Shown here piece after piece: positions 51,335 through 60,623 of a stretch of DNA of 64,000 bases. A model generated the notes under the pieces. That model did not search any database and was not told where the DNA came from. It was given only the letters and a program-made list of their open reading frames with translations. The first letter of the stretch is position 1. Each line of letters starts with the position of its first letter. This DNA comes from an uncultured Bacteroidales bacterium (lineage in GTDB: Bacteria > Bacteroidota > Bacteroidia > Bacteroidales > Paludibacteraceae): contig CALAUA010000015.1 in assembly GCA_937891975.1 (NCBI GenBank), forward strand, positions 145,378 to 209,377, read 5' to 3'. The position numbers and the translations under genes were made by a program.

Positions 51335-51952
51335 TTATTGTATTAATTGATTCATTCTTGTGATATATTTGCCGATAATATCGAATTCAAGGTTCACTTG
51401 TGTACCCACCTGAATATACTTGAAATTGGTGTTGTCGTGGGTATAAGGAATAATACATACGCTTACATACCCCTTACCATCCTCCACATCGGGTTCGCAT
51501 ACGGTCAGACTCACGCCATTGATACTCACAGATCCCTTATCCACGCAGAAATAGCCACGCATAGCCATCTCACGGGTACTCTCATACTCAAAGCGGTAGT
51601 ACCAGCTGCCCTCTGTTTCTTTGACTTCGATGCAACGCGCCGTTTGGTCCACATGCCCTTGCACGATATGTCCGTCTAATCGTTCGCCGAGCAGCATGGA
51701 GCGTTCGAGGTTTACCCAATCGCCCTCTTTTGCTTCGCCGAGGTTGGTGCGGTTGAGTGTCTCTTGCATGGCGGTGACAGTGTAGAGGTCTCCCTCCATC
51801 TTTACTACAGTCAAGCATACGCCGTTGTGCGCGATAGACTGATCAATGCTCAGCGGCTCGCCATAGGGATTGCGCAGCGTGAAGTGTTTATTGGTTTGTT
51901 CTTGCTCAATCTTCACGATTTGAGCCATTGTTTCTACTATTCCTGAAAACAT
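51335..51952 (-). CDS. ribE: Riboflavin synthase alpha subunit
   Basis: MFSGIVETMAQIV, two lumazine-binding repeats (SIAHNGVCLTV / SVSINGVSLTV). Confidence 0.9.
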   Translation of the reverse strand: MFSGIVETMAQIVKIEQEQTNKHFTLRNPYGEPLSIDQSIAHNGVCLTVVKMEGDLYTVTAMQETLNRTNLGEAKEGDWVNLERSMLLGERLDGHIVQGHVDQTARCIEVKETEGSWYYRFEYESTREMAMRGYFCVDKGSVSINGVSLTVCEPDVEDGKGYVSVCIIPYTHDNTNFKYIQVGTQVNLEFDIIGKYITRMNQLIQ

Positions 51953-51954
51953 AG

Positions 51955-53469
51955 TTATTTCTTCTTAATGAGCGTCTTTCCATCCAAACGATAGAAGATG
52001 ACACAATATATAATAAGGAGTATAGTACCTATACCCATTTTCATCCATTCATTGATTGGCAATAAGTGTGCCAAAGTGTAATATTCTGCCAAAAGTGTCA
52101 CTACAAGTAGGGTATATATGCCAATTCGGCGCAAATCGTATGGTATCTCGAGGTGTTTGCGTCCCACGAGATAGGACAGTAGCATAATCACGAAATAGCA
52201 TATAGTACTGCTGGCTGCGGAAGCCATATATCCAATTCGTGGCACGAAAATAGCTTGCAATGCGAAGGTAATCACCACGCCGATGATGGAGAAGTAGGCG
52301 CCCCATTGCGTCTTGTCGGTGAGTTTGTACCAGAAGCTGAGGTTGAAATACACACCTTGGAAGATATATGTCCAGAGGACTACTGGTACGATTTTTAGTC
52401 CTTCCCAATAGGAAGGGGCGATGATAAACTTCAGTAGGTCGAGGTAGAAAATCATCCCCAAGAGAATCATGTAGGAGAAGATGATATAGTATTTCATTGC
52501 ATCTGCATAGGCAGCTACGGATTCGCGGTCTTTGTGTTTGGCAAAGACAAAGGGTTCGTAGGCGTAGCGGAATGCTTGGGTGAACATCATCATTACCATC
52601 GCCACTTTGAAGCAGGCTCCGTAGATACCTAACTGCGCTTGCGCATCGGCTCCGTCATAGAAGAAGGGGAAGAGGATACGGTCAAGCGTTTGGTTCATTA
52701 TACCGCACACCCCCAAGACCAAGAGGGGCAACGAGTAGCGAAGCATTCGCTTCAGCAATTTTCCTGAAAATAGTCGTCGGGAGTCGGAAGTCGGGAGTCC
52801 GTGCTCATTTTTAAAGCCCTCAACTATCGCTGGTAACAAACATAGTGTTTGTATGCCCGTAGCCAAGATATTTGCCACGAAGACATACCCTACTCCATAG
52901 TTGGGATTGTACCATGAGGAGATGATTGCCCAATCCTGAATCTTCGGACAAAGTACGAGGAAGAAGAGATTGAGGGCGATATTGAGGAATACGAATAGGA
53001 GTTTGAGTGCCGCAAATTGCAAAGGGCGTTTCTTGTAGCGCAAGTATGCAAATGGAATACTAGCGAAGGCATCCATTGCCACTACTATACCGAGCAGTGC
53101 GATGAACTCGCTGTGCGTAGGGTATCCCAATGCGGTGGCAATAGGCATTTGCCATATCACACATGCTACGGCGAACAGTAAAGAGGTAGTAAAAAGCGTA
53201 ATGAGCGAAGTTCTATAAACCGTCTTAGGATTTTCTTCGGTTTTGTTGGCAAAGCGGAAGAAACCCGTTTCCATACCGTAGGTGAGAATCACTAGCAATA
53301 GTGCTGTCCACGCATAGAGGTTGGTCACGATACCATAATCTGACTGCTGTTGCAGCACGTATGTGTACAGCGGAACGAGCAGCCAGTTGAGAAACTTGCC
53401 TACAATGGATGAGACGCCATAAATGGCGGTTTCTTTAGCCAATATTTTCATTTGCAGATTACTGCTCAT
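51955..53469 (-). CDS. MOP-superfamily flippase / polysaccharide biosynthesis protein
   Basis: 504-aa polytopic membrane protein with a Wzx/MurJ-like N-terminus. Confidence 0.65.
   Translation of the reverse strand: MSSNLQMKILAKETAIYGVSSIVGKFLNWLLVPLYTYVLQQQSDYGIVTNLYAWTALLLVILTYGMETGFFRFANKTEENPKTVYRTSLITLFTTSLLFAVACVIWQMPIATALGYPTHSEFIALLGIVVAMDAFASIPFAYLRYKKRPLQFAALKLLFVFLNIALNLFFLVLCPKIQDWAIISSWYNPNYGVGYVFVANILATGIQTLCLLPAIVEGFKNEHGLPTSDSRRLFSGKLLKRMLRYSLPLLVLGVCGIMNQTLDRILFPFFYDGADAQAQLGIYGACFKVAMVMMMFTQAFRYAYEPFVFAKHKDRESVAAYADAMKYYIIFSYMILLGMIFYLDLLKFIIAPSYWEGLKIVPVVLWTYIFQGVYFNLSFWYKLTDKTQWGAYFSIIGVVITFALQAIFVPRIGYMASAASSTICYFVIMLLSYLVGRKHLEIPYDLRRIGIYTLLVVTLLAEYYTLAHLLPINEWMKMGIGTILLIIYCVIFYRLDGKTLIKKK
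52774..52800. repeat. E-word heptamers inside the flippase CDS
   Basis: tcgtcgggagtcggaagtcgggagtcc encodes GLPTSDSRR in a predicted loop. Confidence 0.8.
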
Positions 53470-53475
53470 ATCTCA

Positions 53476-53509
53476 CTATCTTCGGGGTATCTTCGGGATA
53501 TCTTCAGGA
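53476..53509. repeat. 11-nt word array GTATCTTCGGG (H-word) at the rsmI / flippase junction
   Basis: ctatcttcggggtatcttcgggatatcttcagga. The same word opens the composite repeats at 14329 and 18834. Confidence 0.9.
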
Positions 53510-53513
53510 TAAA

Positions 53514-54185
53514 TTACTTTTCGTTTTTGCCTTCCACAACAAGTACAATTTCGCCTTTGGGTGGGGTCTGCTTGTAGTGCGCTGCTAACTCAAGCAGGGT
53601 GCCGCGTTGGGTGTCTTCGTGCAGTTTGCTGATCTCGCGGCTGACGCTTGCTCGGCGTTCGCCGCCCATCACCTCTGCCAATTGCTCTAAGGTCTTCACC
53701 AGTCGGAAGGGCGATTCGTAGATAATCATCGTATGTGTCTGCTCGGCAAGAATCTTCATGCGAGTTTGGCGGCCTTTTTTCTGTGGGAGAAATCCCTCGA
53801 AATAGAATCGGTCGTTGGGCAAGCCCGAATCAACTAATGCGGGCACGAAGGCCGTTGCTCCAGGCAGACATTGCACTTCTACACCTTTTTCTACGCAGGC
53901 ACGCACCAGCATAAACCCTGGGTCGGAGATACAGGGTGTACCTGCATCGGAGATAAGTGCCACGGTCATGCCCGCAGCAATACGTTCCGCCATATCATCG
54001 CTCGTTTCATGTTCGTTGAACTTATGATGGCTTTTGAGCGGCGTATGGATGTCGTAATGCTTGAGCAGCACGGATGAGGTGCGAGTGTCTTCAGCAAGAA
54101 TGAGGTCCACCTCTTTCAGTACGCGGAGCGCACGAAAAGTGATGTCCTCAAGATTGCCAACGGGTGTAGGTACTATGTATAACAT
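53514..54185 (-). CDS. rsmI: 16S rRNA (cytidine1402-2'-O)-methyltransferase RsmI
   Basis: LYIVPTPVGNLEDITFRALRVLKEVDLILAEDTR, SDAGTPCISDPG. Confidence 0.9.
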   Translation of the reverse strand: MLYIVPTPVGNLEDITFRALRVLKEVDLILAEDTRTSSVLLKHYDIHTPLKSHHKFNEHETSDDMAERIAAGMTVALISDAGTPCISDPGFMLVRACVEKGVEVQCLPGATAFVPALVDSGLPNDRFYFEGFLPQKKGRQTRMKILAEQTHTMIIYESPFRLVKTLEQLAEVMGGERRASVSREISKLHEDTQRGTLLELAAHYKQTPPKGEIVLVVEGKNEK

Positions 54186-54191
54186 GTTTTT

Positions 54192-54236
54192 TCTCTAAAC
54201 ACTAAACAGTAGCGCTGAAAGCGCGTTCACTAAACG
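54192..54236. repeat. B-word / hairpin / B-word composite element (copy 4)
   Basis: tctctaaacactaaacagta-gcgc-tgaaa-gcgc-gttcactaaacg. Fills the junction upstream of rsmI. Confidence 0.85.
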
Positions 54237-55025
54237 TTACGCGAAGCGTCTCTTGAGTACGTTCTCGAAGAGTTGTACTGCGGTGGACTCTTTGTCCCAA
54301 TCGAAGTTGTCGAGCACGTAGTCCATCGCCTCGTTGAGTGAACCGAGATTGTTAATTTCATCCAATGTTTTTTGCATCAACTCACCATTGCCTGCAAAGA
54401 GTTCGCGTTGAAAGAGGAAACGGTCCCCCAAAGAGATAGCTTGGCGGATATCCTCTACTGCCGCACCAAACAACGATGTTTGTTGTGGCACAGGACGTGG
54501 AGCAGGTTGTGGAGCAGGTGCTGGCTCTACCACTGGCTCTGCCTTTACTTCTGGTTGTGGAGCAGGTTCCACGATTGGTTCCACCACTGGCTCTGCCGTT
54601 GCTTCTGGTTGTGGAGCAGGTGCTGGCGCTACAACTGGTTCTTCTACAACCGGTGCTTCTACCTCTGGAGTATCTATAATATCCAGCGTTTCTAGTTCTT
54701 CTTTAACTTCCTCTTGTGGTTTTTCTGCGGGCTCTTCAGCGAACTCGTTTTCAATTGTCACCTCTTCGTTTTCACTTTCAGTTTCTTCTTCAACGATGAG
54801 TTCGATCTCTACTTCTGGTTCTGCAGCTTGTGCAGCTACAGCACCTGTAGCTGCCAATGCAGCCACTTCGGCTTGCAAGGTTGCTATTAGGGCTTTCGCC
54901 TCATCGCCTTCTCGCCTCATTGCCTCATTGGCTTCTTCGAGTTGCGCCACACGCGCCTCCAGAGCAGAGAGTTTCTGCTCCAGAGCGGTCGTGTAGTTGG
55001 TTATTGCTTGAATAAGATTGTTCAT
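54237..55025 (-). CDS. Hypothetical protein: coiled coil + acidic / Pro-rich EPVVEP repeats + C-terminal globular domain
   Basis: 262-aa ORF. Low-complexity centre PAPAPQPEATAEPVVEPIVEPAPQPEVKAEPVVEPAPAPQPAP. Confidence 0.5.
   Translation of the reverse strand: MNNLIQAITNYTTALEQKLSALEARVAQLEEANEAMRREGDEAKALIATLQAEVAALAATGAVAAQAAEPEVEIELIVEEETESENEEVTIENEFAEEPAEKPQEEVKEELETLDIIDTPEVEAPVVEEPVVAPAPAPQPEATAEPVVEPIVEPAPQPEVKAEPVVEPAPAPQPAPRPVPQQTSLFGAAVEDIRQAISLGDRFLFQRELFAGNGELMQKTLDEINNLGSLNEAMDYVLDNFDWDKESTAVQLFENVLKRRFA
54896..54932. repeat. A-word octamers inside the CDS
   Basis: ttcgcctcatcgccttctcgcctcattgcctcattgg encodes NEAMRREGDEAK. Confidence 0.8.
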
Positions 55026-55028
55026 AGA

Positions 55029-56555
55029 TTACTTCGTTGCGTCTTCGAGTTTTTTCATCATTGCGAACATAAAGATAGCTGCGATAGCACATACAGCTAC
55101 GAATACGCTCCATACGCCCCACAATGGCATGTCACCCCAGAGGTTACCACCGATAGATACAAGGTAGTTGCCGATTGCGGTAGCCACGAACCAGCCACCC
55201 ATCATCATACCTTTGTACTTAGGAGGAGCCACTTTGGTCACGAAGGAGATACCCATTGGGCTGAGAAGCAACTCAGCGAAGGTGAGAATCAAGTAGGTGT
55301 AGATGAGTACGTTGGCATTCACGAAGGTTGGGTCGCCAGTTACGCGAGCCAACTCTTGTGCGTTAGGAGTGAGCAGACCGACACAAGCTACAGCCATCAC
55401 GATATAGGCGATAGTAGCCACCACCATACCTAGCGCAATCTTGCGTGGAGCAGATGGCTCTTTGCCTTTCTTAGCCAATGCGCCGAACAATGCCATGCTG
55501 AATGGCGTGAGTGCCACTACATAGAATGGGTTGAATTGTTGGAAGATAGGTGCGCTCAAGGTGATTCCTTCTGGAGAGATATTGAGGTACTTGTATGCCA
55601 ATACGCCCAATGCAGCTGCGATAGCCACGCCAGAGAATACTTTTGCTTTAGCAGTCTTGCTTTGTACCAATGAGAAACCTGCATATACGATGATGACAAT
55701 CATCACAAGGTTGATGATGTCAAACCACATGGTTTGTACGCCAGTGCAGAGTGGTTGTACGAACTCGTTAGCGAAGTAGGTAAGGGTCAAACCGTTTTGG
55801 TGGAATGCCATCCAGAAGAAGATGACCACAGCAAATACGAGGCAGAGAGCCACGATACGCTTTTTAGTTTGCTCTGGGGTCAATTCTTCTACTTTTGCAC
55901 CAGTAGCAGCTGCTTGCTTAGCAGAGTTCTCTACGTGCTTGAACCAAGGACGGCAAGCGTAGTAGATTACGATACTGAGTATCAATGATGCGCAAGCAAC
56001 CATGAATGCGAAGTGATAACTATCGTTCACGCTCACGCCAAGACTGGTTTGTGCCCAATCCATAATCTTTACGGCTGCGGTAGGAGCGAACATTGCACCA
56101 ATGTTGATAGCCATGTAGAAAAGTGAGAAAGCTGCATCGCGCTTGTCAGCGTATTTAGGATCATCGTAGAGGTTACCCACCATCACTTGCAAGTTACCTT
56201 TGAACAAGCCAGTACCGAAACTGATGAGTACCAATGCTGCAATCATCGCACCCATAGCGGTGCCACCTGCGCCCAATGGAATAGCCAGCAGAATGTATCC
56301 GAGGAACATTACCATGATACCGATGGTTACGCACTTACCATAACCAATCTTGTCAGCCAAGATACCGCCTACGAGTGGCAAGAAATACACCAACGCAAGG
56401 AAAGTAGAATAGATTTGTCCTGCGGTGGCAGCTTCTAATCCGAAGTTCGCACGGAGGAAGAGTGCAAATACGGCTAACATGGTGTAGTAGCCAAATCGTT
56501 CGCCTGTGTTGGCAAGTGCCAATGCAAACAGACCTTTAGGTTGATTTTCAAACAT
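55029..56555 (-). CDS. POT/PTR2-family di-/tripeptide:proton symporter
   Basis: N-terminus GLFALALANTGERFGYYTMLAVFALFL (ExxERFxYY motif), 508-aa polytopic protein. Confidence 0.85.
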   Translation of the reverse strand: MFENQPKGLFALALANTGERFGYYTMLAVFALFLRANFGLEAATAGQIYSTFLALVYFLPLVGGILADKIGYGKCVTIGIMVMFLGYILLAIPLGAGGTAMGAMIAALVLISFGTGLFKGNLQVMVGNLYDDPKYADKRDAAFSLFYMAINIGAMFAPTAAVKIMDWAQTSLGVSVNDSYHFAFMVACASLILSIVIYYACRPWFKHVENSAKQAAATGAKVEELTPEQTKKRIVALCLVFAVVIFFWMAFHQNGLTLTYFANEFVQPLCTGVQTMWFDIINLVMIVIIVYAGFSLVQSKTAKAKVFSGVAIAAALGVLAYKYLNISPEGITLSAPIFQQFNPFYVVALTPFSMALFGALAKKGKEPSAPRKIALGMVVATIAYIVMAVACVGLLTPNAQELARVTGDPTFVNANVLIYTYLILTFAELLLSPMGISFVTKVAPPKYKGMMMGGWFVATAIGNYLVSIGGNLWGDMPLWGVWSVFVAVCAIAAIFMFAMMKKLEDATK

Positions 56556-56608
56556 AAATAAGTTCGTTTTTTTATGGTTAATAATTATTTTTTACACAAA
56601 AATCCGCG

Positions 56609-56616
56609 CAAAGGTA
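56609..56616 (-). promoter_or_regulatory. -7 box (TACCTTTG on the minus strand)
   Basis: CAAAGGTA 53 nt upstream of the start at 56555. An atgcaaat (-33 TTTG) lies further upstream. Confidence 0.5.
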
Positions 56617-56661
56617 ATAATTTTTTTGCATATATGCAAATAAAATCGTTCGGTTGAGCGA

Positions 56662-57504
56662 TTAGAATATTCTTTGTGCGAAAATGATGAGATAGTCTAT
56701 CCAGTTTTGCCATGAGTGTCCGCCTGCTGATTCATGGTATTCGTATGGATATTGTTTCTCATCCAGGTATTTGCGATAGATGACATTGTCTTCGTATAGG
56801 AAATCATCTACACCGCAGGCAATCCAGTAGAGTTGTGGTGGGTTGGCAAACTGTTGTTGCAGCAGTGCTTCCGTTTGTTGGTATGCAGGTTTGTCTGACA
56901 AAGCCAATGCGCTCATCTCTATAGTACGCTCGGCGTGAGGTTGCTTGGTATGTGGCACATATAGCGCAGAGAAGATACCCACGTAGTCAAATGTCTGGTT
57001 CAGCAATGCAGCCGTATGCATGGTGTGGAACCCGCCCATGGACAAACCTGCGATGGCTCGGTGCTGCTTGTCATTGATGGTGCGATAATTGGCTTCTGTC
57101 CACGCAATGAGATTGCTAAAGTTCTCCTCGAATGTACTTTCCATCCATAGGCGTGATTCAGGTGCATAGTATTTACCTGTTTGCTCCAGATATCCGTTGG
57201 GCATAACCACAATCATAGGTGGGCATAGTTGGTTGGTAATCAACGAGTCAATGATGGCTTTCGCCTTGCCTTTGGTCAGCCAGCCCGTCTCATCATCGCC
57301 ACTGCCATGCAAAAGATAGAGGACCGGGTAATCCGTTTTAGATGCAGCATATCCTGCCGGCAGATATACTGCTACACCCGCTTCGCCGATAGAGGAAGGA
57401 TAAGAAGTAACAACTACTTGACTTGGGTCATTTGTTTGTGTTGCTTTTGGACCACAGCCCACACATGCAATCATCAATAATACTAGTGCAAATTTGTTTT
57501 TCAT
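56662..57504 (-). CDS. Esterase-family alpha/beta hydrolase lipoprotein
   Basis: Signal LVLLMIACVGC. LYLLHGSGDDETGW. Nucleophile elbow GLSMGG. Confidence 0.75.
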   Translation of the reverse strand: MKNKFALVLLMIACVGCGPKATQTNDPSQVVVTSYPSSIGEAGVAVYLPAGYAASKTDYPVLYLLHGSGDDETGWLTKGKAKAIIDSLITNQLCPPMIVVMPNGYLEQTGKYYAPESRLWMESTFEENFSNLIAWTEANYRTINDKQHRAIAGLSMGGFHTMHTAALLNQTFDYVGIFSALYVPHTKQPHAERTIEMSALALSDKPAYQQTEALLQQQFANPPQLYWIACGVDDFLYEDNVIYRKYLDEKQYPYEYHESAGGHSWQNWIDYLIIFAQRIF

Positions 57505-57537
57505 GTTTTTTATTTTGTTTGATAGTCATTAAAAACA

Positions 57538-58581
57538 CTATATTTCCACTACCATACACCATCCGTGCTTGTCTTCAGTGCGACCATACTGGATGTCCTG
57601 CAAGGCGTGGTATAGCTTTGTGAGTACAGGGCCTGGCTTGTCGCCGAAAGGGTAGGTGATATTCTTGTCAGGGTCGAAGACCTTGGTCAGAGGCGAAATA
57701 ACGCACGCTGTACCGCAAGCAGCTGCTTCTTGAATATCAGTCAATTCCTCTACACGAATATGACGGCGAGTGACCTTCATACCCATCTCACGCGCCAAAG
57801 TCATCAACGAATCGTTGGTGATGCTAGGCAAAATGGCACTACTGCGGGGGGTGAGGTATTCGAAGTAAGATTCCCGATTCTCGACTCCCGACTCATGATG
57901 CTTTATTCCTATGAAATTGGATGCCGTGCACTCATCAATATACTTGTGCGTTTTAGCATCGGTGAACATACACTCATAGCCCATGGCGTGTGCCGCTTCG
58001 CTGGCGCGGAAGGATGCCGCGTAGTTACCACCCACTTTCCAGCAGCCCGTACCTTGTGGTGCCGCACGATCAATGGTGCGGTTCACTATTGCAGGTATGC
58101 CTTTGAAACCATTGGGGAAATACGAACCGATAGGTGTAGGAATGACCACAAACTCGCAGTCTTTGCCAGGCCCCACACTAATATCAGGCGTAGTAGCAAC
58201 TAGCAACGGACGGAAATAGAGCGTGGCGCCAGTCTCGTAAGGAGGAAGGAAAGCGATATTCTTCTCCAATGCCAGTAAAATAGCTTCGCAAAAGAGTTCA
58301 ACGGGCACGGGTGTCATCAGTAGTCCCTCGGCGGAGTGGTACATGCGTTTGGCGTTCTCCTCCATGCGGAAGATACGCACCTTACCGTCCACACCACGAA
58401 AGGCCTTTAGCCCTTCGAAGCACTCTTGACCATAGTGCAGGCCCGTGGCTGCGGCATGGATAGGAATCATCTTGTCGCGTGTGGCATAGGGGCGCTCCCA
58501 TACACCATTCTTGCATGCCGCACGAACGATATAGTCCGTCTCGGTATAGTGAAATGTCAGTTTATTCCAGTCTATATTCAT
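57538..58581 (-). CDS. ilvE: Branched-chain amino acid aminotransferase
   Basis: HYGQECFEGLKAFR, GNYAAS, class IV fold length 347 aa. Confidence 0.85.
   Translation of the reverse strand: MNIDWNKLTFHYTETDYIVRAACKNGVWERPYATRDKMIPIHAAATGLHYGQECFEGLKAFRGVDGKVRIFRMEENAKRMYHSAEGLLMTPVPVELFCEAILLALEKNIAFLPPYETGATLYFRPLLVATTPDISVGPGKDCEFVVIPTPIGSYFPNGFKGIPAIVNRTIDRAAPQGTGCWKVGGNYAASFRASEAAHAMGYECMFTDAKTHKYIDECTASNFIGIKHHESGVENRESYFEYLTPRSSAILPSITNDSLMTLAREMGMKVTRRHIRVEELTDIQEAAACGTACVISPLTKVFDPDKNITYPFGDKPGPVLTKLYHALQDIQYGRTEDKHGWCMVVEI
57871..57895. repeat. E-word heptamers inside the ilvE CDS
   Basis: ttcccgattctcgactcccgactca encodes ESGVENRE. Confidence 0.8.
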
Positions 58582-59111
58582 ATCTTCATTACGGATTCAG
58601 GTCCGTATTCAAATAATATGTCTAATATGCTTTGTCCGTTGCCGAATGCTTGCTCTAAATCTTGCCCTGCCCAATCTGTAGTGGTAATCAGTCTTTGTTC
58701 TTGGCTCTTGGTTCTTGGTTCATCGTTCGCTATCAAACGAATGATTACCTCGTGGATTTTCTCGTTGAAATCGACCAAAAAGCGTGTTTCTTGTTCGTAG
58801 AACGGGCGGAAGAAATCGGCGTAATAATCGAAGTAGGGTGTACGTTTGTAAGCACTCACGAGAGCAATCCAATGCTGATGTTGCCAACGCTTCTGGTAAC
58901 TAATCTCCACATCGCGAGTGAACTGTTTGCTATCCACGCGCTTCACGGGCACAGTAAGTGTCAGTGGCCCGTCTGGTGTGGCGATAGTACACCGATTGCG
59001 GTAGGTTTGCTTCGGAAAACTCTCCATTACCTCAATCTGCACTGCCGATGGATTCGCCAAAAACTGGCTGTACCATTCCGCAGGACCCATATATGTTGTT
59101 GGTAGTATCAT
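58578..59111 (-). CDS. WbqC-like family protein
   Basis: 177 aa. N-terminus ILPTTYMGPAEWYSQF and FPKQTYRNRCTI resemble the WbqC family. From memory only. Confidence 0.5.
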   Translation of the reverse strand: MILPTTYMGPAEWYSQFLANPSAVQIEVMESFPKQTYRNRCTIATPDGPLTLTVPVKRVDSKQFTRDVEISYQKRWQHQHWIALVSAYKRTPYFDYYADFFRPFYEQETRFLVDFNEKIHEVIIRLIANDEPRTKSQEQRLITTTDWAGQDLEQAFGNGQSILDILFEYGPESVMKI

Positions 59112-59120
59112 GTTTTTGGT

Positions 59121-59159
59121 ATCGGGAATCAGGAATCAGGAATCGGGACTCGGGAATCC
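59121..59159. repeat. E-word heptamer array at the lepB / wbqC-like junction
   Basis: atcgggaatcaggaatcaggaatcgggactcgggaatcc. Confidence 0.9.
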
Positions 59160-59165
59160 AGATTT

Positions 59166-60539
59166 TTATTCAAAATTGCTGAGTCCGATGCGATTCCAAC
59201 GGATATGACCTTTGCCCCATGGGTTGTCTTTCTCAACACTGAGCCAAACGAACATTGGGCGACCTACGATATGGTCTTCTGGCACAAAGCCCCAATAACG
59301 GCTATCGGCTGACTTATGACGGTTGTCGCCCATCATCCAATAGTAATCCATCTCAAACACATAAGGTTCGCCCACTTTCATTGGCTTGAACTCATACGCA
59401 TCTGCTATGCGCTTATACAACCAATAATTCTCCTCGGTAATCATCACCGTATCCCCCTTGGCAGGGATATAGATTGGACCATAGTTATCGCGCGTCCAAG
59501 TGTTGTGTCCCAAAGGATACACCTCACCCCCTTGGTCTTCGGGTTCGATGTCGATGCTGAGCACATGGCTGTTCTTCTCAAGTTCGGCTTTCATCTCAGC
59601 GGTCAGTGGTAGGCGATAAACGCCATTGCCATTGCTCTCGCGATCTTCTTTGGAAATACCGAGTTTGCTCAGGTAACTATTACCCAACACATGACCATCG
59701 GTGCGAACGATATAGTTGTATTGCAAGTATGGGTGTATGGGCTCTTTCACACCGTCGATATAAATCACATTATCAATGATTTGCAACGTGTCGCCTGGTG
59801 TGCCTACGCAACGCTTCACATAGTTTTCGCGGCGGTCCACAGGGCGAACGACAATCTCTCCAAAGACATCCTTGCGGTTCTCCACCGTGCGCTTGCCATA
59901 GTAGTGGCAAAGAGTGTAGTAGTCAGGATTCTGCATTTTCGTGCAGACGGTATCACCCGTAGGGAAGTTAAACACCACAATATCGCCTTTCTCCACTTTG
60001 TCCCAACCACGGAGGCGTTTATACTCCCATTGTGGGTTGTCGAAATAGCTCTTTCCGCCCCAAGGGAAGGTGTGTTGCACCAGCGGCATGGAGAGTGGCG
60101 TGTTAGGCACGCGTGCTCCATAACTCATCTTATTCACACAGAGAAAGTCGCCCACACGCAGGGTTTTCTCCAGCGAAGAAGTGGGGATTTGGTAGTTTTG
60201 GAAGATATAGACATTGATGAAATACACCGCTACCAACGCAAAAACGATGGCGTCTATCCACGAGCAAATGGTATAGAGTGTGCTGTTGGCATGTGGATTC
60301 TTTTTGCCTGCCGCCTCTTCCTCTTTGGTGAGGGGTTTGTACTTCTTCCACCAGTTCCAAGGGATATACTTGGTGGTGAACATATCAGCAATAATTGGCA
60401 ACAGCACGAGCCAGCCGAGACTAGCCCAATCGCCCCATGCTACCCAAACGACAAACGCGATGTAGATCGCGCACCATATGCCACAAGAGATCCACCCTTT
60501 GGTGGTTACTTCTTGGATTCTATCTTGAAAACTTTTCAT
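59166..60539 (-). CDS. lepB: Signal peptidase I
   Basis: SLEKTLRVGDFLCVNKMSYG (catalytic Ser region), GDNRHKSADSRYWGFVPEDHIVGRP. Confidence 0.9.
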   Translation of the reverse strand: MKSFQDRIQEVTTKGWISCGIWCAIYIAFVVWVAWGDWASLGWLVLLPIIADMFTTKYIPWNWWKKYKPLTKEEEAAGKKNPHANSTLYTICSWIDAIVFALVAVYFINVYIFQNYQIPTSSLEKTLRVGDFLCVNKMSYGARVPNTPLSMPLVQHTFPWGGKSYFDNPQWEYKRLRGWDKVEKGDIVVFNFPTGDTVCTKMQNPDYYTLCHYYGKRTVENRKDVFGEIVVRPVDRRENYVKRCVGTPGDTLQIIDNVIYIDGVKEPIHPYLQYNYIVRTDGHVLGNSYLSKLGISKEDRESNGNGVYRLPLTAEMKAELEKNSHVLSIDIEPEDQGGEVYPLGHNTWTRDNYGPIYIPAKGDTVMITEENYWLYKRIADAYEFKPMKVGEPYVFEMDYYWMMGDNRHKSADSRYWGFVPEDHIVGRPMFVWLSVEKDNPWGKGHIRWNRIGLSNFE

Positions 60540-60570
60540 ATGCGTTAGTATGTTTTTGTAAAAAATCGTG

Positions 60571-60578
60571 CAAAGGTA
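60571..60578 (-). promoter_or_regulatory. -7 box (TACCTTTG on the minus strand)
   Basis: CAAAGGTA 31 nt upstream of the start at 60539. Confidence 0.5.
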
Positions 60579-60623
60579 CTAAAAATTATGCACATGCGCA
60601 AGCGCATGCAAATTTTTCTACAA

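Noticed and set aside
59691-60548. 285-aa plus-strand ORF inside lepB. Other long antisense ORFs: 49201..49929, 48518..49111, 31553..32149, 25744..26193, 62382..62843, 63562..63993.
   Set aside because: Each lies entirely within a gene that has clear family motifs on the other strand. Their translations are low-complexity and Cys/His/Arg-rich with no recognisable motifs.
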